The position numbers and the translations under genes are program-made. 64,000 nt of DNA from a bacterium (GTDB lineage: Bacteria > UBA8248), in assembly GCA_963692865.2 (NCBI GenBank), contig OY843592.1, positions 2,368,001 to 2,432,000 on the forward strand, read 5' to 3'. Shown here piece by piece: positions 20,011-29,307 of this stretch. Within the stretch, counting starts at the first letter, position 1. Each line of letters begins with the position of its first letter. Below the pieces are notes generated by a model. The model was not told the DNA's origin. It searched no databases and saw only the letters and a list, made by a program, of their open reading frames with translations.

Positions 20011-20991
20011 ATGAAGTACCTGAAAAACGCTGCGGTTGCAGCAGTCGCGTTCACGCTGGCGGTCGGCCTGTCGTTCTCGAGCGCCGAAGCCGCCCGCATC
20101 AAGACCTCGGTCGCCGGCGCTGCGCCGGGCGCCGCCGCCTACGTGATCTGGGGCGGTCTCGCGGCTTTGGTGTCCAAGGAATCGAAGACCGTCGAGATGA
20201 GCAACCTCACCACGCGCGGCGCGGTGGAAGACATCCGGCTGGTCGAAAACGGCAAAGCCGAGTTCGCCCTGGGCGTGGCCACGCTCGTGCAGTTGGCGAT
20301 CAAGGGCAAGAAGATGTTCAAAAAGCCCTACAAGAACCAGTGCGGCCTGGGACCCGGCACGGTCTCGCAGTTCCACATCGCCGTGCGGAAGGACTCGGGC
20401 ATGAAGAAAGTCGCCGACCTGAACGGCAAGCGCGTCAGTTTCGCTCGCCGGGGCAGCAGCACGCACTTCATGACGCGCACCATCGTCGGGCTCGCCGGCA
20501 TCAAGGTGCGCGAGGAGAACCTGAACTGGAACGTGGCGGCGGACGCCATCAAGGACGGTCGTCTCGACGCCTTCACCATCCCGAACCCCGTGCCCTCGCC
20601 AGCGGTTCTCAAGCTGGCGACCTCGCTGCCCATCACCCTCCTTCCGGTGGACGGGAAAGTGGGCGACGGCCTCCTCAAGTCGAACGCGGCCTATTTCAAG
20701 ACCGATATCATCAAGGGCGCTTACAACGGCGTCGACAAGCCGGTGCCCACCATCGGCTACGCCGCGTGGACCATCGTGGGATGCAACGTGCCCAACGACG
20801 TGGTGTATGAAGTGGCGCGCATCAACTTCTCGAAGAAGGGCCGCGAGTTCCTGCTGAAAGTGCACAAGGGCTGGGCTTCGGGCTTCGCCATGGCTCCGGG
20901 TCTGGACCAGATGGCCGCCATCGGCATGAAGGTGCATCCGGGCGCGGCGCGGTACTGGAAAGAAGTCGGCTACAAATTGCCGATGAAATAG
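20011..20991 (+). CDS. TAXI-family TRAP solute-binding protein
   Basis: Strong RBS, signal peptide, TRGAVEDI, DLNGKRVS, DG.LDAF, HPGAARYWKE. Confidence 0.9.
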   Translation: MKYLKNAAVAAVAFTLAVGLSFSSAEAARIKTSVAGAAPGAAAYVIWGGLAALVSKESKTVEMSNLTTRGAVEDIRLVENGKAEFALGVATLVQLAIKGKKMFKKPYKNQCGLGPGTVSQFHIAVRKDSGMKKVADLNGKRVSFARRGSSTHFMTRTIVGLAGIKVREENLNWNVAADAIKDGRLDAFTIPNPVPSPAVLKLATSLPITLLPVDGKVGDGLLKSNAAYFKTDIIKGAYNGVDKPVPTIGYAAWTIVGCNVPNDVVYEVARINFSKKGREFLLKVHKGWASGFAMAPGLDQMAAIGMKVHPGAARYWKEVGYKLPMK

Positions 20992-21008
20992 AAGTCTCAC
21001 GCATTCTT

Positions 21009-21039
21009 GCCGGCCGGGGGAGGCGCTCCCCCGGCCGGT
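21009..21039 (+). other. Intra-operon stem-loop after the solute-binding gene
   Basis: GCCGGCCGGGGGAG-GCG-CTCCCCCGGCCGGT, with no U-tract. Confidence 0.55.
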
Positions 21040-21087
21040 ATGTTCAAGCGAAGTATCCGTTCTTGTTGAGGATGCTTCGTCGGAAAT

Positions 21088-23238
21088 GTGGTACTTCCCT
21101 CGGGGGAACATATATTGAGTTTTCGCAGCGTCTTGGAAAAAATCGGCAGCTTCCTCGGGGCGGGGCTCGCCACGACGAGGACGCTGAGGGGCCATTCCCT
21201 CTGGGCGGTGCGCGTGGTGGGTTTCATATTCGCGGCATATTTTCTCTTCGGCGCGGTGAACGGGAGTTTTACGGTCTTCGGTCCCAGAAGCCTGAAGCTG
21301 GTGCAACTCGAGTTCCCCTACATCCCGTATTACGGGGAACAGTTCTCCCTGCCCATTTTCATCTGCTTTACGTCCGTTCTCACTTTTCTGCTCTACCCCT
21401 GCAGAGAGAATTCGCCTCAAGACAGGCCCTCTGGTTTCGACTTGCTCTGGTGCGTCTTGAGCTTCGTCGTGATGTGCGAGTTCATGTATTTTTACGATGA
21501 CCGCGGCGCCCGGGCGGGCATCGTGGAATGGAACGACGTGGTGTTCGGCTTCGCCGCCGCATGCCTCGTCTGGGAGACATGCCGCCGCGTGCTCGGCCTG
21601 GTTTTGCCGATAGTCGCCATCGTATTCCTGTTCTACGACTGGGCGGGACCGATCTTCCCCGGTCTGCTCTCGCACAAGGGCGCGGAATTCGGCTACGTGA
21701 TGGGCTATCTCTACAGCCAGTCGGGTATCTACGGGGTCATCACCCGCGTCTACGCGCAGGTGGTGTTCATCTTCCTGATCTTCGGCGCGCTGCTCCAAGC
21801 CACGAGGGTGGGGGACGTGTTCGTCGACCTCGCCTTCGCGCTCGTGGGCCGCTTCAAGGGCGGTGCGGCGAAGGCGTCCGTGGTGTCGAGCGGCCTCGTC
21901 GGATCCATCGTGGGCAGCGGGGCGGCGAACATCGTCATCACCGGAACCTTCACCATCCCCCTCATGAAGCGCGCGGGTTTCCGGGCGACCTACGCCGCGG
22001 CGACCGAGGCGGTGGCCAGCATCGGCGGCCACCTGATGCCGCCCATCATGGCGTCGGCCGCCTTCATCCTCGCGGCGATGACCGAGACGCCCTACTACAA
22101 GGTCGCGCTCGTGAGCCTCGTGCCGGCGCTTCTGTATTATCTTTCCGTCTTCATGTCGGTTCATTACTATGCGAGCAAGAACAACCTGCAAGGCCTCTCG
22201 AAAGAAGAGTTGCCCGATTTCTGGGGCGTGCTGAAAAAAGACGGGATACTCCTCATCCCCATCGTACTGCTCATCATGCTCCTCATCCTGCAGTTCTCGC
22301 CGTTTTTCGCGGGTTTCTGGGCCATCGTCGCCGCCATCGTGGTGAGCACGATAAAGCAGAAGTGCTGGTATCTGTTGGGATTGCAGGCGGCCGTTTTCGT
22401 CGCCAGCATCCTCTACGGCGGCGACGCGGTGTACCTCTACGTGCTGCTCGGTTGCTTCCTAGCATGGCGGCATCAGGAGGCGCGGCGCATCATGTCCGAG
22501 ATCGGCGATGCGTTCGTTACGGGTTCCGTCAATTCACTGGTCATCGGCGCGACGGCGGGCGTCATGGGCCTTGTGCTCACCGGCGTCACGCATCCCGATC
22601 TGGCCCAAAAGATGACGGCCATCATCCTTTCGTACTCGCACAACATACTCTGGCTGGCGGTGGCCCTGGTGGCGCTCGCGAGCTATATCCTCGGCATGGG
22701 GATGACGATCACGGCGAGCTACATCCTCATCGCCATCCTGGCCGGGCCCGCGCTCATGGACTTCGGCCTCTCGATGTTCACCGCGCACATGATCATCCTC
22801 TGGCTGAGTCAGGACGCGGCCCTCACGCCGCCCTTCGCCCTGGGCGCGTTCGTGGCGGCCGGCGTCGCGCAGTGCGACCCCATGCGGACGGGCTTCATAT
22901 CGCTCAAGCTGGCGAAGCCGCTCTACGTCGTGCCGCTCCTGATGGCCTACACGCCGATACTGATCAACGGACCCTGGGATCAGGTCATCCTGGTCTGGGT
23001 GAGTGCGGCCCTGGGCTTCATCTGCACCTCGGCGGCCCTGGAAGGCTATTTCCTGCGCATCCTGACGACGTTCGACCGCTGCCTGATGGGCGCGGCGGGA
23101 GTGGCCCTGTTCTGGAACGGCATGTGGTACAAGACGACGGGGCTTTCGTTGATGATCGTATCGATTGTCATGCAACTGATGCGGCCGAAGGATTTCGCAA
23201 CCCCGGCGCCCGTGGAGGCGGAATCTACCGAGGGCTAG
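21088..23238 (+). CDS. TRAP transporter fused permease (4TM/12TM)
   Basis: GGAAKASVVSS, GSGAAN...TGTFTIPLMK, GGHLMPPIMAS, GMGM...ASY, TPP, and many TM helices. Confidence 0.92.
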   Translation: MVLPSGEHILSFRSVLEKIGSFLGAGLATTRTLRGHSLWAVRVVGFIFAAYFLFGAVNGSFTVFGPRSLKLVQLEFPYIPYYGEQFSLPIFICFTSVLTFLLYPCRENSPQDRPSGFDLLWCVLSFVVMCEFMYFYDDRGARAGIVEWNDVVFGFAAACLVWETCRRVLGLVLPIVAIVFLFYDWAGPIFPGLLSHKGAEFGYVMGYLYSQSGIYGVITRVYAQVVFIFLIFGALLQATRVGDVFVDLAFALVGRFKGGAAKASVVSSGLVGSIVGSGAANIVITGTFTIPLMKRAGFRATYAAATEAVASIGGHLMPPIMASAAFILAAMTETPYYKVALVSLVPALLYYLSVFMSVHYYASKNNLQGLSKEELPDFWGVLKKDGILLIPIVLLIMLLILQFSPFFAGFWAIVAAIVVSTIKQKCWYLLGLQAAVFVASILYGGDAVYLYVLLGCFLAWRHQEARRIMSEIGDAFVTGSVNSLVIGATAGVMGLVLTGVTHPDLAQKMTAIILSYSHNILWLAVALVALASYILGMGMTITASYILIAILAGPALMDFGLSMFTAHMIILWLSQDAALTPPFALGAFVAAGVAQCDPMRTGFISLKLAKPLYVVPLLMAYTPILINGPWDQVILVWVSAALGFICTSAALEGYFLRILTTFDRCLMGAAGVALFWNGMWYKTTGLSLMIVSIVMQLMRPKDFATPAPVEAESTEG

Positions 23239-23243
23239 GGCTT

Positions 23244-23685
23244 GGGTTGTTGGAAAAATCTTCCTGAAGAGAGGGGTGGTTTCTAAAGACAATGGTTTTG
23301 TAGGTGACAACCCCTCCTCGGGGTTGTCCCACGCATAGTATGCGGCCCGCATGCCACGAACCGGGAGGGTCGCATGTATGCGACCCCAACACGCAAACAA
23401 ATTTTCCCTTTCCTCGAGCAACGAGCCGCTTCACCCTGAGTAAAGACGAAACTCGCGCCTGTGGGGTCAAACGCGAGCGAGGAGCGGTTGTTGAAAACTC
23501 TTCTTTGGCCGGGATTGCGATTGTAGGGACAACCCTCCGTGGTTGTCCTTTTGCAGGACGGCGACAATGAGGACAGGCACGGAGGCCTGTCCCTACAAAA
23601 CCATCGCGCCCTCGCGCGCCACCTCTTCACCGTCGCGTGATTCCCATACCATCCGCGTTCGAAACGAGATTTTCCAACACCCCCC
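23244..23685. repeat. Composite intergenic repeat cassette C
   Basis: GGGTTGTTGGAAAA at 23244 with inverse TTTTCCAACACCC near 23670. GACAACCCCTCCTCGGGGTTGTC, GGGTCGCATGTATGCGACCC, internal GTTGTTGAAAA near 23487, and GTAGGGAC...GTCCCTAC at 23523-23596. Confidence 0.85.
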
Positions 23686-23715
23686 CCTCATGTCGCCCGA
23701 GAAAATCTTTACCGG

Positions 23716-24465
23716 CTAAGCCAGGAAGAACCCCCCGTTCACGTCGATGGTCACGCCGGTGACGTGGCGCGCGTCCTCGGATGCGAGGAAGGCGACGACG
23801 CCCGCGATGTCCTCGGGACTGCCGATGCGCCCCAGGGGCGTGGCGGTTTCGGTTCTCTGCCTTTGCGCGTCGCTCATTTGTTCGAGGATGCGATCGGTGC
23901 CGATGACGCCCGGCGCGATCGCGTTCACGTTGATGTTGTGGGGGCCGAACTCGCGTGCCAGGTGACGCGTCAGGCCGATGACGGCGGCCTTTGCGCTCGA
24001 ATAGTGCGGTCCCTGGAGCACGCTTGCAGAGCGGCCCGCGACGGAGGAGAAATTGACGATCTTGCCGCTCCCTCGCTCCTGCATGTGGGGCAGCACCGAC
24101 CAGCAGGCGCGATACGTCGTTTTCACGTTCATGTCGAACATCTTGTCGAAGGCCTCCTCGTCGATTTCCAGCGCCGATCGGGGAAGGCCCGCGCCGACGC
24201 AGTTGACGAGACCGTCGATGGGTCCGTGCGTTGAAATGCTCTCCTGAAAGACTTTCTTCACGTCTTCTGAATCCAGTGCGTCGTAGGCCACTGCGCTTGC
24301 GCGGCCGACGCCGCTTTCCTTGACAAGACTAGCGGTATCTTCGCGTGATTCGGCGATGTCCATGCAGACGACGTGCGCGCCCTCGCGCGCGAGCCTGAGC
24401 GCGCTCGCCCGTCCGATGCCTCCGCCCGCGCCCGTGATGATGATGGTCTTGCTCTCGAAACGCAT
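23716..24465 (-). CDS. SDR-family oxidoreductase
   Basis: TGAGGGIG, YSSAK, NAIAPG, DVNGG. Confidence 0.9.
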   Translation of the reverse strand: MRFESKTIIITGAGGGIGRASALRLAREGAHVVCMDIAESREDTASLVKESGVGRASAVAYDALDSEDVKKVFQESISTHGPIDGLVNCVGAGLPRSALEIDEEAFDKMFDMNVKTTYRACWSVLPHMQERGSGKIVNFSSVAGRSASVLQGPHYSSAKAAVIGLTRHLAREFGPHNINVNAIAPGVIGTDRILEQMSDAQRQRTETATPLGRIGSPEDIAGVVAFLASEDARHVTGVTIDVNGGFFLA

Positions 24466-24644
24466 GTGCTTCCTCCCTTGGATGATGGCGCATCCTAGCC
24501 CAGGTCGGAAAAAATGTCGCCCAGGACTGGAGCGCTTCTCAGGGCGAGTATAAGGTGGTAGTTTGAAGGTTCAGCGCAAACATAAGTAACCACCAGAAAG
24601 AGAGGTGAGCAATGGGGTATCAAGAAGACGAAGGATAAGGTGAA

Positions 24645-25682
24645 ATGAAATTCTCGATTTTTTACGTGATTTGCCCCGAGGGGGATGAATCGGAAGCCGA
24701 CGCCTACCGGAAGGTGATGGAACAATGTCAGGCGGCGGATGAACTCGGCTACCACTGCGCCTGGTTCGCGGAGCACCATTTCTCCAAAGTGGGCATGTGC
24801 CCGGACCCCTTGCTCTGGTGCGCGGCGCTGGCGCAGAAGACGAAGAACATCCGCCTGGGGACGGCGATCTCCATCATGCCCTTCCATAACCCGGTGCGTC
24901 TGGCCGAGCAGGCGGCGGTGGTCGATCTGTTGAGCGGCGGGCGGCTCGAACTCGGCGTGGGGCGGGGTTCCCAGCCCAAGGAGTTCAAGACGTTCGGCGC
25001 GAAACCCTCCGAGAGCAGAAAGCGGCTCGTCGAGGGAATGGAGATCGTATCCAGGCTACTGGAAGGCGAGCAGGTGACCTTCGAGGGCGAGTATTATCAG
25101 TGCCAGGACGTGGAAATCTTCCCCAAGCCCCTCCAGAAGCCGAGGCCGCCCATCTGGCTGGCGGGCACGAGCCCCGAGACCTACACCTATGCGGGTGAGA
25201 ACGGCTTCAAGATCATGGCCTCGGCCGGCTTCAAGGGCCCCAAGGTCTACCGCGAGAAGATGAAGCTCTATGAAGAGGCCGTGGCGGCGAGGGGTGGAGA
25301 CCTCTCCGATATCGACTACACCATGACGCACCGCTTCTACGTCTGCGAAGACAACGAACAGGCCGATTATCTGAAAAATTTTGAAAGAGGGCTTTCCTCC
25401 TATCTCGAATACCGCGCCAGGGTGAACGAGGTGGAGTTCACCGACGAGGAGGGCAGGCACCTCCAGCGCAACTGGAGCTACAAGCTCGACGTGCGCGAGT
25501 TCCTGAACGGCGGCGGCGTCATCGGCTCCGTGGAGGAGAACATTCAGGAGCTTTACCGCCTGAGGGATGATTTCGGGCTGAACCACGTGATTCTCGGCGT
25601 GTACGGCGACGGCATGAAGCACGAGGATTCTCTCAGACTTCTGGAAAGATTCGCCAACGAGGTCGCGCCCGCGATGGCCTGA
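24645..25682 (+). CDS. LLM-class flavin-dependent oxidoreductase
   Basis: AEHHF, IRLGTA...P.HNPVRLAEQ...DLLSGGRLELGVGRG, PKPLQKPRPPIW. Confidence 0.9.
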   Translation: MKFSIFYVICPEGDESEADAYRKVMEQCQAADELGYHCAWFAEHHFSKVGMCPDPLLWCAALAQKTKNIRLGTAISIMPFHNPVRLAEQAAVVDLLSGGRLELGVGRGSQPKEFKTFGAKPSESRKRLVEGMEIVSRLLEGEQVTFEGEYYQCQDVEIFPKPLQKPRPPIWLAGTSPETYTYAGENGFKIMASAGFKGPKVYREKMKLYEEAVAARGGDLSDIDYTMTHRFYVCEDNEQADYLKNFERGLSSYLEYRARVNEVEFTDEEGRHLQRNWSYKLDVREFLNGGGVIGSVEENIQELYRLRDDFGLNHVILGVYGDGMKHEDSLRLLERFANEVAPAMA

Positions 25683-25741
25683 CGCGCCGCTCACCCGGCG
25701 CGCCCCACCCCACGCGAGCGCAGGCCGGGGAGGGTATCCGC

Positions 25742-26167
25742 ATGACATACGTGTTCGATTGGGACGACGGCGAAAAGATTGAGATGGTGGACATCGAACT
25801 GCCCCGGGGCTGGCGCATCCTCATCGACCCCCGGAACACGAACTCCCGAATGCTCAGCATGGGGAACCAGGACATTCCCGTCGGCGGCGGAATCCCCGTC
25901 CATCTTCATGAAAAAGAAGAGGAAATCCTCTTCTTCCACGAGGGTGAAGCCGAGGTGGAGGTGGACGGCGAGGTCTACCAGGTCAAGGCGGGCATGACCG
26001 CCTTTCTGCCCGTGGGCGTGGAGCACGGCTTGAGAAACACCGGCGACGTTCCCCTGAAACTCCTTTGGTTCTTCTCACCGCCGGGATACGAGGAAATCTT
26101 CCGCCACATGGCGGACATCGACACCGACCACGGCAAGTACGAAGAACTGCACCCGAGGGAGGTGTAG
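25742..26167 (+). CDS. Cupin domain protein
   Basis: HLHEKEEE...G and P.GVEHGLRN cupin motifs. Confidence 0.88.
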   Translation: MTYVFDWDDGEKIEMVDIELPRGWRILIDPRNTNSRMLSMGNQDIPVGGGIPVHLHEKEEEILFFHEGEAEVEVDGEVYQVKAGMTAFLPVGVEHGLRNTGDVPLKLLWFFSPPGYEEIFRHMADIDTDHGKYEELHPREV

Positions 26168-26315
26168 GTTTGCATGGTGGTCAAAGTAGGGACTGCTCCA
26201 CTGATTTGAGTCAGTGTTCACGCGCAGAGAGGATGCAGTTGAGGATAGAATAAACTACCTTTAAGAGACGACAACTTAGTTCACATTAAGCAGCAGACAT
26301 TCGATATAAAGGCGC

Positions 26316-27182
26316 ATGGAAGAAATTCAAAATATAATTGCCAAGTACGATGAAGCTTATGTTCGCGATTGTATCGAGTCGGTTGATGACATCAATCGCT
26401 ATGCCTTGGCTTTCTATAAGGACGTAGCAGAGATTTACGATGCAGTAACACGCGTAAGAAATGTTCAGCGAAATCCAACGGGTTTCTCTCTCCAAGACGC
26501 ACCGATTCTTGGTCTTCTTGTAAAACATTGGAAGCTCTTTAAGCTCATGCTCAGGTTCTACGAGGAAACTAACGCCGAGTTCATTTCCATTGTAGAGAGA
26601 CCTTTAATCGAAGCTTCCGTCATAGCCACATATCTGCTGCAGCACGAAGATTCTGTAGTGGAGGATTATCGTCTTTGTTCATATAAGGGCAGACTCCGAA
26701 TATTACGAGATATTGAAAACGGTTCTCCTTTTTTCGAGACCAAGGCGGGACAGAGACTTCTTAAGTCTGTCAGAGATAAACTCGCTATTGAAGGATTAGA
26801 CGCAAATAGTTTCTCAGTTCAGAAAAAGAATAAATGGCGATTACAAGGAAAACGCTTCTATGACATCTTTGATGAGGTCGTAGGCAAAGAATTATATGCT
26901 TGCGTATATGGCATGATGTCAGAGTCAGTACACGGGTCTTGGAATGAATCAATGGACTGGGATTTAATACGAAACGAAGATGGAACTTTTTCAACTTATC
27001 CTTTTTTTCATCCCCCAGACATACGATTTGTTTCACCCACAATTCAATTCTCAACGCCCCCTTATCGTCTATGGCTCACGAGAATCGCCGTTGACGACGA
27101 ATATCTCGTTGAAGTCCTTACTTGGGTGGAGAAATTCAATGAATTTCTTTTTCGCAAGTTTGACGATCTTTTCGATGGCTAA
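26316..27182 (+). CDS. DUF5677-like hypothetical protein, low GC
   Basis: R.LIE and Y..MSESVHGSW motifs. Visibly more AT-rich than its neighbours. Confidence 0.65.
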   Translation: MEEIQNIIAKYDEAYVRDCIESVDDINRYALAFYKDVAEIYDAVTRVRNVQRNPTGFSLQDAPILGLLVKHWKLFKLMLRFYEETNAEFISIVERPLIEASVIATYLLQHEDSVVEDYRLCSYKGRLRILRDIENGSPFFETKAGQRLLKSVRDKLAIEGLDANSFSVQKKNKWRLQGKRFYDIFDEVVGKELYACVYGMMSESVHGSWNESMDWDLIRNEDGTFSTYPFFHPPDIRFVSPTIQFSTPPYRLWLTRIAVDDEYLVEVLTWVEKFNEFLFRKFDDLFDG

Positions 27183-27366
27183 GTGATTGATTATGCTAGA
27201 AGATTTGCGAATCGTTCGTTTTATTTGGGAATGAAGCACGTGCTACTTCCCCGTCACTTCTTCAAATCAATCTTCTCTATCCAGTAGTACTGCGAGAGCG
27301 CCCTCAGGCCGGAGGGCTTGACGGAGACGAGTTCGGCCGTGGAGCCGTTCACGCCGCGCATGGGCC

Positions 27367-28203
27367 CTACTGCGCCTGCGCGATGGGCGTATCCTCGCGG
27401 TTGCCCCATTCCTTCCAGGAACTCATGTAGTTTTTCACCTTCGGGTAATCCAGGAGCCTTAAAGCGAAGTAACCGTGCGCCGCACGGTAGCCCGTCTGTC
27501 AGTAGGCGGTCACTTCTTTCTCGGGCGTGACGCCGATGGCCTCGAACTGCGCGCGAAGCTCGGCAGCAGGCTTCATCTCGCCCTCCGGCGTCAGGTGCTG
27601 CAGCCACTCCTGCCAGACCGCGCCGGGGATGATGCCGCCGCGCCTGGCGCGCACGCTCGTCGCCTCCCACTCCCCTATCGAACGGGTGTCGAGCAGCACG
27701 TGGTTGTCGTCCTCGATGGCCGCCAGCACGTCCTCGCGCGTAGCGAGTCGGTGCGGCTCGAACGCCATCTGGAAAGATGCGGCTTTGGGCGCCTCGGCGT
27801 CGCGCGTCGTCTCGAAGCCCGCCCGTTCCCATGCGCCATAGCCGCCGTCGAGCACGTGGACGTCCTTGTGGCCGAAAAGCTCCAGCATCCAGAAGCCGCG
27901 CACGCTCGTGTTGCCGACGAAATCGTCGTAGAAGACGATGGTGTTCTCGAACGAAACCCCCCGGTTCCCGAGCAGGAACGCCCACATGGAGAAGAAATTC
28001 CTCAAGGGCGCCTCGTCCGAGTCGTCGCTGTTCACGCCGTAGACGTCGAAATGCCGCGCGCCGGGGATGTGGCCCATCGTGTAGCGCTCGCCGGGGCGCG
28101 CGTCGATGATTCTCAAGTTCGGGTCGTCCATGCGCTCTTTTAATTGTTCGGCCGACCAGAGCAGGCCGGGGTTCGCATACCCTTTCGGGTTGTCGCTCGT
28201 CAT
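27367..28203 (-). CDS. Two-domain rhodanese/sulfurtransferase, probable selenoprotein (in-frame TGA at 27499-27501)
   Basis: DAR...Y..GHIPGA, VLDGG..AW, LDTRS..E, G.IPGA, then [39 protein letters not shown] to TAG at 27367. Confidence 0.88.
27472..27488 (-). promoter_or_regulatory. Putative bacterial SECIS hairpin
   Basis: The minus strand reads TGA-CAGACGGGCT-ACCGTGC-GGC-GCACGGT: a 7-bp stem with a G-starting loop 17 nt after the UGA. Confidence 0.65.
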
Positions 28204-28217
28204 GGTGTTCTCCTCCG

Positions 28218-28964
28218 CTAGTCCGTCCAGAAGCCGCCGTTCACGTCCACCGCCTCTCCGTTGATGTGCGCGGCCTCCTCGCTCGTGAGGAACAGGACGG
28301 TGTGCCACACGTCCTCGGGCGTCGTGAGCCTGCCCATGGGGTGCGCCTTCTCGGCGTTCACGAGCATCTCGGGCGGGGACTGGAAGTGAAGGCCCGTATC
28401 GGCCGGGCCGGGCTGGATGGTGTTGATCGTAACCCCCGTCCTGGCGAGTTCGCGCGCCAGGTTGAACGTCATGGCGAGCAGGCCCGCCTTGGCGGCGGAG
28501 TAGGTGAGGTTGGGGCCGATGCCCCCCATCTTGCCCGCGATGGACGCGAAGCTGAGGATGCGCCCCGTGCCCGAGGCCTTGAGCGCCTCGATGGTCTCCT
28601 GGATGCAGAAATACGGCGCCAGGAGGTTCACGTTCAGCACGACGTTCCAGTCTTCCTCTTCGAGTTCCATCGGCGGGCGAATCGGCATGTAGCCGGCCAC
28701 GTTCGCCAGCACGTCGCAGCCGCCCAGCCATTCGAGCGCCGCGCGCATGGTGGCGCGGATGGCGTCCACGTCGGCCAGGTCGCAGGGGAGCTTGAAGAGT
28801 TGATCGGATGGGCCTTCTATCGCGTCGAAGGCAGGGCCTTCCCTGTCGGTGGCGAAAACCCTGGCGCCGGCTTCGATATAGCCTTGCAGGATGCGCTTTC
28901 CCATCGCCCCCGCCGCGCCCGTGAGGATGACCTTCCGGCCCTGGAAATCAAAACGAATGGGCAT
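28218..28964 (-). CDS. SDR-family oxidoreductase
   Basis: TGAAGAMG, NVAG, YSAAK, DVNGG. Co-oriented and 15 bp upstream of the sulfurtransferase. Confidence 0.9.
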   Translation of the reverse strand: MPIRFDFQGRKVILTGAAGAMGKRILQGYIEAGARVFATDREGPAFDAIEGPSDQLFKLPCDLADVDAIRATMRAALEWLGGCDVLANVAGYMPIRPPMELEEEDWNVVLNVNLLAPYFCIQETIEALKASGTGRILSFASIAGKMGGIGPNLTYSAAKAGLLAMTFNLARELARTGVTINTIQPGPADTGLHFQSPPEMLVNAEKAHPMGRLTTPEDVWHTVLFLTSEEAAHINGEAVDVNGGFWTD

Positions 28965-29307
28965 TGCGTCACTCCAGTTCTTATGGTTCGGCATGAATGG
29001 AATCTATAATTCGGTTTCCGATGCGCCGGATGATACACCACATACCGAAGGTGAGAAAGCGGGCGGGGGAAGTTCTTCTGCATGGCGAAAGGCCCCATGT
29101 GCGCCGTTTTTCGGGGTTTTGTTTTGCCTGTCCAGTTGTTATAATTCGCGCATCGAAGCCAAGCGAAACGCCATCGCGTTCCGTCGAGCCCAGGTGGGAT
29201 GGCGGTGGGAGGTAATGGACGTATCTGCATATCAATCAGACAAAGGACAAGACCATAAAAGCGCCCTGCGGCATGTGGTTTGGCGCCACAAACGAGTGGA
29301 GGTTGTG

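Noticed and set aside
24555-24597. GGTGGT...ACCACC inverted motif in the divergent SDR/LLM promoter as a regulator site
   Set aside because: The arms are short, the spacer is long and no regulator gene is nearby, so it cannot be distinguished from chance.
27499-28731. 410-aa ORF-track protein as a real fusion
   Set aside because: Its N-terminal part is an alternative frame of the SDR gene. The true start is the ATG at 28203, behind GGAGGAG.
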